A stretch of DNA of 13,890 bases from Lepidodermella squamata. Its lineage: Eukaryota > Animalia > Gastrotricha. Every line of letters starts with the position of its first letter. Position 1 is the first letter of the stretch. The translations under genes and the position numbers were made by a program. Positions 1 to 8,923 of this stretch are shown one piece after another. The DNA lies in NCBI GenBank assembly GCA_047495785.1, contig JBLDXI010000148.1, positions 1-13,890 on the forward strand, written 5' to 3'. The notes beneath the pieces were generated by a model that worked only from the letters and a program-made list of their open reading frames with translations, had not been told where the DNA came from and ran no database searches.

Positions 1-247
1 ATCATCGTGCGTTTTGCCTTGTTTTTTTTTTGCTGACCTCGAACCTTGTACTTGGTCTGGCAGCAAGATCTTCTCTCGTTAAAAATTAATGCGCGTTTTT
101 GTCGCCTCGTTACAATTTTTTTCTCCGCCATCCTATGGTATAAATTGACCTGAAAATCGCCGGGGTCATCGTCATTCCGCTGTTCTCTAATTTAATAGGC
201 AATTTTATTTTGTCGAGAGAGGCAAAAGCCGATTTTTGTAATTAATC

Positions 248-1434
248 ATGAGTTGCATAAGCACTTTGCCATCGACCGTTGTTGCTGATCATCTAGTCGT
301 TCCGCTTAAAGTGGCCACGTTCACAACAACGGCCGTTCAAGCGCCGGCTAACACCTCATCGGAGCCGTTGGAAGGCGCCGGTCGAGCGTCGAACAGCTCT
401 GACGACGATGCGATAAGCAGTCTGAATGGTTCGGCTGCGTCGTCGTCGTCAACATCGCCGTTTAGCAAGAGCGACAAGAACGCGCGCCACTTCATCACGA
501 CAGCCAGCGCTGCCGAACTGGCGAATCGCGCCGAACAACAGCAAATGACGCTTTACTGGACTTCTGGCTTCGGGTCGCCGCCCTGCATGAGGCTCATGAT
601 CGCCATGGCTGAGAAACAGCTTCTCGACAAAGCCGTTAAAATTCACATAAATCTTCTCGCAGCAGAAAATCGATCGCCCGATATCGAAAAATTAAACCCT
701 CGCATGCAGGTAATTTCATTCGGAATTTTAAAAATCTCAATAATTAATTAATTGATTTAGGTCCCAATTCTCAAAGTCGGTCATGTTGTCATCTGCGAAT
801 CCATGGCCAGTTGCTTATTCATCGAAGACGAGTTCAAAGATTCGGGAAACATGTTGCTACCCCACAACGCTATGTTGAAAGCCGCCGTTCTTCAGCGGTG
901 CATGGAGGCATTGAACTTGGAAACCAAGACTCGCGACATTGTGCTACCGCTTCAAAACTGGCTCCCGCCAGAACTTCGCCAACCCGTTGATCCGGTTAGT
1001 AAATGTTAAACCCTCTAGTTATTACCGTTTTTTCGGTTTTTCCACCCCAACCAATAGATGCGCATCAAGGTGGCAAAGGAAACGTTGGCGAATGAGCTCA
1101 ACATGTGGGAACGTCATCTCCAAGAGGTATGCTTTATTTATTAAATTATTGGGTTTTTTTAATTTTTTTACACTTTTAGAACGTGACGAATGAATTTCTC
1201 GTTGGTACTAATTTTTCGATGGCCGATTGCGTGTTTTTCCCGTCGCTAGCGTGGTTGGTCAAGTACGGCCTCGATCTGAGCTGTCGCGGTTGGGAAAATC
1301 TGAAACGGTACTACGAAGCCCTGAAGGACAGGCCGTCAATCGTCGCCAGCTGGCCGCCGACCTGGTCGATGAAATCGCCGATTGGCGAGCTTCGCATGTT
1401 CGACGATATTATGCCGTCGCCTGTGTCACCTTAA
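248..1434 (+). CDS. gstr: Glutathione S-transferase, rho-class-like; exons 248-709, 761-994, 1058-1126, 1180-1434 (339 aa from ATG 248; conserved core starts at Met 545)
   Basis: Three GT-AG phase-0 introns (710-760, 995-1057, 1127-1179) join the fragments into one frame. Motifs: MTLYWTSGFGSPPCMRLMIAMAEK, NPRMQ|VP, ICESMASCLFIE, ELNMWERHLQ, FLVGTNFSMADCVFFP (GST N-capping box) and YYEALKDRPSIVASWPPTW. From memory these match the fish rho-class (plaice GSTA-type) pattern GSPPCWRVMI...LKERPSIKASWPPTW. Confidence 0.93.
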
Positions 1435-2400
1435 AAAAATAACTTTTACCATAAATATATAAAAACTCTATTGTTTGTCGACATTCGCGCAAGCACATGT
1501 GACGTATATAATTATTATTATATATAGAGAAATCATCAACAGCCCGGGGATAAGATGCGTTATGAGGTAGGTATGAGGATCGGTTGATGGATGGGTGACA
1601 ATCGCCGGGTTGCTGATATTATTGTTTTTCGCCGTCTCGCCGTTTTTTGTGCCTGTTCTTCTCTCTTTCCGCACTCAACCATAAGAAAATGTAAATAGTT
1701 ATATTATATCTGACATAAATTCAATACTTTGTCACTCTCTTACAAGTGTATTCTAACTGCCTCGTTGAATTTGTTGTTATTTTTCTTTATCCTTCTTTAC
1801 AAGAAATGAGAGGTGTACCTTCAGACGAGATAAAATTTTGGAAAAAAATCTGATGCAAAGTTTTGCGGTTCTATATACTTTTCTCAATCTCTCGACTGAT
1901 GGCGAAGATGGTGGTATTTAAGTACCTCTATCTATAAAACAAGCTTACTTCTGTTTGTTGAATTCTTGCTCTTTTCAAGATGATATGCGCCATTAAAAAG
2001 TTACTCAAGATTGGTTAAAAGTAGTCTTTACGTCGTTACTTTGTTTCGCGTTTTTTATTGCGCTGAAAATTAAAGCAGTACCCGTTGCGTTTTGTCATCT
2101 TCTGATAAAAAAAACTATTAAAGCAGTTGTAAATATTTGAAAAATATTTGCCACTGGACAAAACTATTTTACGGTGGCTCTAAATTTACACGCACAAAAT
2201 TTTGTTATATATATATTCGCGTTACAAGATGTTGTGTTATTCTATATGCGAATCTGTTTCTATAAAAGCTGTACTTCAAGTACAGTTCGCTCTTGAAACT
2301 TTAAAAGAAATCGTTCAATTTATTGAAAAATGTCGGCCCAATGAGCAAGAATAAAAGTGTTCTAAAGAATTCGTTCTAATTTATTTTTCAAATCAGTATT

Positions 2401-3067
2401 TCATCTCAGCAGCGTTAATAATATGACTAAAAAAATTGCAGCGATGCCAAGCCGAGCTTTTGAAGCTCCGTTGCACATGTCGGTATTGCTGAAATATGAG
2501 AAATAATTTATATAATATTTGCTAATTTTCTTAAATTTACTCACCAGCAATTGGTAGACATAATCTGCCCAACTCCCTAAAAAGTTTTAAAATATGGTTT
2601 TGATCATTTTCAAGTTTAGAAACTCCTTACTGGAATCACATAGCCAGCGTCGAACATCTCGCGTTTACTTAAACAAGACTCGCTCGAGTCGCATCCTCTA
2701 ATCGTGAATGAGTAGTACGCATTGGTATCCCAGATGACGACATTGGCGCATTGATCTGAGGTCGCAGGACAAACCTCAGGGATTCCTTGGCTGTAGTCAT
2801 TAACCGCTAAATACGCGTTCTAAAAATAGATGACCGAGTTCATCGTTGCGGATAAAATCGCTAAGACGTTATAACTTGCCGAATTATTCGTGCAATATGG
2901 GCTGTTCTCAGATTTCAATCCGCAGCCATTATAGCATTTTAGACCTAAGACAAAAAAGTAGACATGTTTTGTCGTAATGGTCTAGACAAACCGGATGTCT
3001 GGGCGACGTAAATACAGCTTAAAATGAATATTGACAGCCAGACAGCCAGCTGCCCGTTTCGATTCAT
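2401..3067 (-). CDS. Ly6/uPAR (three-finger, LU domain) GPI-anchored protein, 149 aa; exons 3067-2992, 2944-2880, 2819-2631, 2576-2545, 2488-2401
   Basis: Manual splicing gives a signal peptide MNRNGQLAVWLSIFILSCIYVAQTSG, then LKCYNGCG...PYC...EVCPATSDQCANVVI...TIRGCDSSESCL...STNCCNTDMCN (10 Cys, with LxCY start and CCxxDxCN end), then a hydrophobic tail GASKARLGIAAIFLVILLTLLR*. Introns of 47, 60, 54 and 56 nt have consistent phases (1,0,0,2). Confidence 0.9.
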
Positions 3068-4581
3068 TGCCAAGGATCTTAAAGCGAATAAACACCTGCT
3101 TTTTTGCTTGAAAGAAGCTAAATTGTAAGTATTTTGCGTAGGCCTTTGTGAGATCAAAGGCAAAACAATTGAAATGAAAGCACCTGCGTTTTACGCACAT
3201 TATTTTAGAGACCCATCGGGAGCGTGTTCTCACTCTATGGGAAAATGGCAGCCGCCAACGCACAAGTGTATATACCTTGAACACTTTTTTAAGCCGATTA
3301 CTCACCGGCTCATTGGTCGAACTCTGCCAAGTAAACATAGTTATCCGCTGTAACACAATACCTTTATCCATCGTTGCAAATTTTATTTCACATTTCCTAA
3401 ACACAACCCTTTGATTTCTGATTAATAATAATAGTCACCAAATCAACATTGCACGGAGTCCAATCGTTGAAGCGAAAGCGCGGCTCTTTAATCAAGGAGA
3501 CCGGTTTTGGAAACCTAATATTGTCCACATGGCAGCAAGCATTACATTCGAATTATTGGCAAACAGTTTAAAACTAGACTTTGAAATTTAAAATCAAAGT
3601 TTCACAAGCAGAAGCGTTTTTCATTTAATCGGCAGCTGACGGCTCCGGGGTGTGCGAGACCATTTCAACATCGCCAACCGAAGCCGCAGCAATAGCGGCT
3701 TGGCGGGCCAAAGCAGCGTTAGCCATAGCAACTTGTTGTTGCTCGGTTGTTGGGGGAGCCAAGATGCGCAGGAGTGGGTCGGTGGAATAGCCGCCGAACA
3801 GTGAGGCCAGAAGGGCGACACCGTAGCCGGTTGCTCGTTCGCCGGATGCAACCGGGGCGGCCATGTCAACGTGCAGCCAGCGTGGCAGGCTAGGACCGCC
3901 GGGCGGATTGTCGGCCGGGTTCAGCCCACTGGCAGCTTCAATGAAGTGGCCAGCGCATGAAACCATTGCGACGCCTCTGAAAAATTGATGAAATATCATT
4001 AAAATGGGCATCTTTTGCAGTTTTCATCCAAAACAATTGGCCGCAATTTTTAAAACTCAAAACATATGTTTTTCAAATTTTAACATTTGCCGGTCAATTT
4101 CGGATCCCCGAGAGGGCAAGACTCGTGTATTTAAAGCAAAATGAAAGAAATATTGTCTTGCTTACCGGTCCGAGACTGAATTCTTGAAGTCAGCAACAGC
4201 GCTGGAAAATTCACTCAACAGCAACTCCGGAGCGTAAATGACCGGGAAAGTGAGATCACCGGAAAAGCGGCCAGAGATGAGTGCTATGTAATAAATTCAA
4301 TAAAAGAATGATAATAATGGCAATGGCAGCTATTTGTAAGTGATAAAATCCTTAATATTCTAATCTAGATAGTTATTACATTAAATTGAATAAATTGAAG
4401 CAGAAAATCTCAAAAAATGTCCTCGGCCTTCGATAGAAAACTGCGCCGAATTTATCGCAATTTTTCAAATAAATGTTGGACGGGGTTTAGGATTCGAAAA
4501 CAGGATTCGCAGCAAAATTTTAAATTACCATTTCAATTCAATTGAATTGCAAAGTAAGTAGAACAATTATGAAACCGAAGC

Positions 4582-4602
4582 GATGATTTCGTTCAATAGC
4601 CT
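4582..4602 (+). repeat. 21-bp direct repeat, copy 1 (candidate target-site duplication)
   Basis: Exact match to 5775-5795; extends to 25 bp with one mismatch (AAGC versus AAGT upstream). Confidence 0.9.
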
Positions 4603-4931
4603 GGAATTATTCTCTCATTGGTTACCTTTCCGACTTTCACCACAAATCACGCATATGTCTTTTGCCAAACAGCGGCAGAAAAATCCGATTTGATGCAGAG
4701 CTTAGCTGCAAGGTTTAATGACATAGTCATTACTGACTACGACACAGATAAAGGCGAGTTGGCAAATTTCGCCGAATAAGTGAACAGCGGAAAAATACGA
4801 GCTAAGAGGTTCAATGGAAAGGATTCTGGTACCATCAGCTACACGCTTCATTCGTCGGTTTTTACTGCCCCATTCTACTCTCCACAGAGATACTCAGCGC
4901 GCAATCACGACGCTCTCACTGCAGAAGCCTG

Positions 4932-5729
4932 ATGGGTGATCCTGATAGCGGCAACATTCCCAATGCGACATGGTTCACCGGCCACCTGCTGAATATGTTT
5001 TGCGGGAAATTTTCCAGCAACACATACTCGTATCTAGAACACAAGTTCGGTCACGCCTTCACGACTGGGTATCAAAAATTTCGTAATTCGTGGTCTGATA
5101 AGTGTTATCGCACTATGCCCTTGTGCTGCTATTCGTTAGCCCCCCACTGCCGGGTCATAAAATTACTGCAATCCTTCGAAGGCGTCATTCTTCCCAAAGA
5201 TAGGAAGGTTATGAAGCAATTGAAAGTATTCTTCTCTGAATTTCTTAATGCTAATCATCTTCACGGCAACGTAATGAGCATAATTGACAACTACATGGAC
5301 CAAAAATACATCACAGTCACTGGTCTGTGCAGCATGTCGTGTTCTAATTGCAAAGATAACCGCATTCATTGGAAACTATGCGACACGGTTGCCTATCTTC
5401 AGCAGCTCTTGGGCTGCCAGGTCTCCTTCATGGTGACTTATATTTTGACAATAAGAGATGGTTCTGGGTCCATCTATATCGGCCGTACTACAAACGTGAG
5501 CGAACGCATGAACCAGCATTGTTCGCGTTTCCACTCTGCCATTGATGATCGGCAAATTCAGCGTTGCAGCACATTCTACTATCAGCTGGATCGTTATTGC
5601 AACAGTTTGCTTCCAGAGCGCCCCTTCAATGCATCGATTTATCGTCTGGGTGATGCTTCGATCATTAATGACGATGAAACTTATCTGCTGAAGTCTATCC
5701 CCATCGCTTTTGGAGCTGGAATTATATGA
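4932..5729 (+). CDS. GIY-YIG endonuclease-domain ORF (265 aa; frame open from 4806), probably the C-terminal part of a PLE polyprotein
   Basis: VTYILTIRDGSGSIYIGRTTNVSERMNQH fits the GIY-YIG core (Y...YIG-x-T...R-xxx-H). Candidate catalytic Glu in DDETYLL; upstream CSMSCSNC cluster. Intronless, unlike the host genes. Confidence 0.8.
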   Translation: MGDPDSGNIPNATWFTGHLLNMFCGKFSSNTYSYLEHKFGHAFTTGYQKFRNSWSDKCYRTMPLCCYSLAPHCRVIKLLQSFEGVILPKDRKVMKQLKVFFSEFLNANHLHGNVMSIIDNYMDQKYITVTGLCSMSCSNCKDNRIHWKLCDTVAYLQQLLGCQVSFMVTYILTIRDGSGSIYIGRTTNVSERMNQHCSRFHSAIDDRQIQRCSTFYYQLDRYCNSLLPERPFNASIYRLGDASIINDDETYLLKSIPIAFGAGII

Positions 5730-5774
5730 AGCTGAAATTCATTCCGTTCCATAGATTCGTAATTTGTTGTAAGT

Positions 5775-5795
5775 GATGATTTCGTTCAATAGCCT
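5775..5795 (+). repeat. 21-bp direct repeat, copy 2, immediately followed by a 9-bp hairpin (5796-5816)
   Basis: GATGATTTCGTTCAATAGCCT followed by CACGTTTTC-CTT-GAAAACGTG. Confidence 0.9.
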
Positions 5796-5881
5796 CACGT
5801 TTTCCTTGAAAACGTGGTCCTCTCTATCCGACATATCATTTCAATTCCGCGATAATCCCGAATGGATCGGTATTACTGTGA

Positions 5882-6094
5882 CGAAGACGTTCTCACAATT
5901 CTAAGACTCATCAGAGGCACCCTTTCAGCAACGACAAGGCGTGCAAGTTTTGGTTCTACGGGTTTTTGCGCCGGCATCCGGACGTTCGGAAACGAAAAAC
6001 TGAGTCGCTAAGCTGGGCCCGAAGCGCCGTCAGCGATTTCTACGACAAGCTGGAGGCGGTTCGAACACCCGAACTACTTTTCGTGCTATATTGA
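5882..6094 (+). mobile_element. Decayed pogo/Tigger (Tc5/CENP-B-type HTH) transposase fragment
   Basis: A start-less frame absent from the ORF track reads HPFSNDKACKFWFYGFLRRHPDVRKRKTESLSWARSAVSDFYDKLEAV. This matches the pogo-family pattern PF.N....WF..FL.RHP....R..E.LS.AR....DF...L. No DDE domain follows. Confidence 0.78.
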
Positions 6095-8663
6095 TACGTG
6101 CTCAAATAATTCCTTTGCTTCCAAGCAATTCATTTCTAGGTTAGGTTTCAAAGTCGACGCTAGTTTGACGATTGTTATTAATTAATCCCACGATAACAGG
6201 TATTCTGAACTGTTAACGTACAGGTAATAACTGTTATATCCTATCTTTAACATCATTAATCGTTGTTATATATCAAGGCCATTTGTTCTCGCGTTGGTGA
6301 CCAATAAATAAATAAAGCGCGAACTGAAGTGACTCCGCTTTTTTCAAGTCCCGCTACAGAAATATTTACAATGCCACTTGCAAACTTCTTCATAAATATC
6401 TTTGTATGGATATCTTTGTAAGATCCTCAAAAGGAGTACAAAAATTTCTTGAAAAAGGGATTGTTCCTTTTTGGAGCCTATTCTGAAGTGGGGCCTAGTT
6501 CTAATGCTTATGGAATATACTGACTACATTATAAGTGTCACATTGATAACTATCTGCGATCATTCGCTTGCATCCCTATATCATAAGAAGAGACAAGGTT
6601 GTCCAGCATTACGATTTCGCGATTTCCTTCATGTCATCAACTTTTGCCGGGATCTTCTCAGTATCTTCCCAGAACAGAAATGCATCGACGATAGGTTTTA
6701 CTGTTGGTTTACTGAGAAAAAAGGGGCATTCTTGCGGAAAGATTATATTTGCTGCGAAAAAAGTGTCGTCCGCGATTTTATTACGTCACAACAGCGATGC
6801 CTAGATAACTAGCCCGACTTGGTGGTTAAAAATTACCTGCGTGCTCCAAATCCTGGTCGTTGGACATAATAGCCGCGTGAATTTTGCCAGTCGTAGTCGA
6901 CTGCGCGCCCGTCAGCGTACACAAATCAACAATCGTGCCACAGGTCAACTGCTGCCGGGCATAAGCGATGCCGTCAGACACAACCAAACGACCCTCAGCA
7001 TCCGGGTTCGTCACCTCAATCGACTTGCCCGAGTACAAATTGATGATATCATCGACTCGAATGGCTTTCGGCCCAATCGCATTCTCAGCCAAACAGAAAA
7101 TCGCGTGCAGAGTTTGGTTGAATCCGCGTTTTACGGTCAAATAGAACCCGCCGAGAACGGCAGCGGCTCCGCCCATGTCTCGCTTCATACCCTGCATGGA
7201 CGCGCGAGCCTTCAGCGCCAAACCGCCGGTATCGTAGACGATGCCCTTGCCAACAAAGGCGATCGGGGCGGCGGTGTAGGCGGGGCCTGACAACGCCCCA
7301 GCCGCTGCTTGGACAGTCGATGGCCGGTAGGTGAGGATGGCCAGGGCGGGTGGGGTCCTCCGCAGCTCTTCCAACGTTGTGAATGCCGCCGAAGCCCTTT
7401 GTAACCAACTCCTCGCCGCGAATCACCTTGAAAGACAGCGTTGGCTGGTTGTTAGACGGCGTGGTGTCGTCCTTCTCGCCGGACAACTTGGCCGCGCCAA
7501 TCGCAGCCGCCACTTCGTCGTAAACCGTTCGGCACTCGCTGATGAAATGCGACACGTTCATTTGATCGGGCGGGGTGTCGACCAGTCGTTGCGATAAACG
7601 CACGGCGTGAGCTACATCCGTGCAGAATGCCGCTTCCGATTCGGTAAGGGAGCGCCATTCTGTGGCTGTTGAAGCCTGTTCTGCTGGGGTGTTGCAGAAG
7701 CGCGTCGTCGGCAGGACCAGGAACTCGACGTGCAGAGCCGGCGTCGAGCCACCGGCCTGGCTTCGAGACGGCGTTTGCGGCTGGTTATTGTTCGAACTCG
7801 ATGTCTTGCGCGAAAACGTCGGGAAAGCACGAGCGATTGCTGCTACATAGGACAAAATCGCGGGAGGTTCGCATAGAATCTAAATAAATAATTAGAATGT
7901 ATCATTTAACACGGTTAAGAACTGACACGGTTAAGAAATTATAAATAAATAATATTGAAAATATACTTCATTACAGCGGAAAAAATCTTATTTGATGATG
8001 GAGATTTAAACCTCATGTCGTGTGTAATAAGCCCTACTACATCAAGGGTGTTTCATAATTGGCGCAGGTGATGTTGAATTTTTCAGTTTTAGTAGTTGAA
8101 TGTGGTGTTTTCCGTTAATTGGAGCTACTTCAGGCATCAGACCCCAGCTGCTGCGCACCCTTTCGCTCAAATTATTCTTGAGTAATGTCGGCTCCCAGTC
8201 AAAAGTCCTTGGGCCTATGGTAGGCCTTAGGGTCCATTACTCTTACTTATATCAATTATATTAAACTGCGAAACGTTATTAGCGAGTATGGAACATTGCA
8301 TCCCGACGCCGGGGCATACGCGAAGGGTTCATGATCTTCAGCCGGAAACAGCTAACTACAAAGACCATTAGCGGACGAGAACCCGGAAACGATAGGGCGG
8401 GCTTGAACGAGAATGGTACTACTCTTTCATTAAGCGTAATCGTGATCGTTTCTAGAAGAAAATAGCCAATAAGTAATTTAAACCTCATAAGGGCTGAAAC
8501 TCACAACGTTATTATAACTGCCCATTTTCGAATTTTGGAAAATCGAACTCGCTAATTTTCTTGTTAAATAAAGTTACACAACCCGTAAGCTTATTTCGAC
8601 ATTGTTCGAACCCAATGTTATCACAGATGATACTCCAACTGCTCCAACTGCTCTTACACCAGC

Positions 8664-8923
8664 CGATGTGATTCGATTAGAGATGTATTGTATTTTTCCA
8701 ACAAAATTCGAAACCCAAAGTATTAACGCGACTGTTTGACACGCACATAGGTTTTACTGCTACAGTAAGAGCTCATCCTAGGAGCGAAACCTACTGCTAT
8801 GAAGAGAAGGAGAATTTATACGACGAGGCAATTTACGAAACTCTCGCGTCGGTCGGTTTGACGGAACGAGTGCCTACTGGAGTTCCCGGCGGGTTTGAAT
8901 GGAGGTTACGTCATAACTTGAAA
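8664..8923. other. 260-bp non-palindromic spacer at the centre of the inverted repeat
   Basis: Complementarity between the arms stops abruptly after 8663 and before 8924. Confidence 0.95.

Larger units (their letters stand above)
4582..5795 (+). mobile_element. 5'-truncated Penelope-like retroelement (RT-like remnant + Cys linker + GIY-YIG), antisense in the NPEPL1 intron, bounded by 21-bp direct repeats
   Basis: GATGATTTCGTTCAATAGCCT occurs at 4582-4602 and 5775-5795, enclosing the GIY-YIG ORF 4932-5729. The upstream frame 4603-4932 (one stop at 4777) resembles by eye the C-terminal RT/thumb region of PLEs. The family call rests on domain order and is not search-confirmed. Confidence 0.65.
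3625..7879 (-). pseudogene. NPEPL1: NPEPL1-like M17 aminopeptidase, left-arm copy; exons 7879-6837, 4283-4166, 3976-3625; 5' exons absent; +1 frameshift at G-run 7352-7355 (possibly a sequencing error)
   Basis: Mirror image of the right-arm copy and includes the stop codon (...HTPEPSAAD*, 3625). One extra base (GGGG here versus CCC at 10232-10234) splits the large exon into track ORFs 7085-7855 and 6826-7374. Confidence 0.85.
3695..8663. repeat. Left arm of giant inverted repeat (at least 4969 bp; may extend further left, but its partner leaves the window)
   Basis: Reverse complement of 8924-13890. Mirrored ORF coordinates sum to 17587, 17586 and 17585 moving outward, which implies a net offset of two 1-bp indels. 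Mirrored ORF translations are identical where no indel intervenes. Confidence 0.98.

Noticed and set aside
2982-3404. 140-aa minus-strand ORF, plus small ORFs 449-646, 939-1193, 1227-1442 and 1468-1674
   Set aside because: Off-frame or antisense to the Ly6 and GST exons, or lying in UTR/intergenic DNA, with no motifs.
4582-5795. CRISPR array or prokaryotic defence system suggested by repeats plus a nuclease
   Set aside because: Only two repeats 1.2 kb apart, and the context is eukaryotic with spliceosomal introns.
6471-6812. 113-aa Cys-rich ORF in the intron (mirror 10782-11114)
   Set aside because: TTG start, no recognisable domain, and the frame differs between arms; at most another unidentifiable transposon relic.
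4284-6836. Self-splicing group I intron with a GIY-YIG homing endonuclease
   Set aside because: The intron has spliceosomal GT-AG ends with an AT-rich acceptor, the ORF is antisense to the host, and no group I core is evident.
6841-7887. Overlapping and antisense ORFs across the large NPEPL1 exon (and mirrors in 9700-10745)
   Set aside because: Shadow ORFs of a GC-rich coding exon.
8279-8488. 69-aa ATG ORF pair (8279-8488 - and 9099-9308 +) as the missing NPEPL1 first exon
   Set aside because: No similarity to the M17/NPEPL1 N-terminus; duplicated only because of the palindrome.
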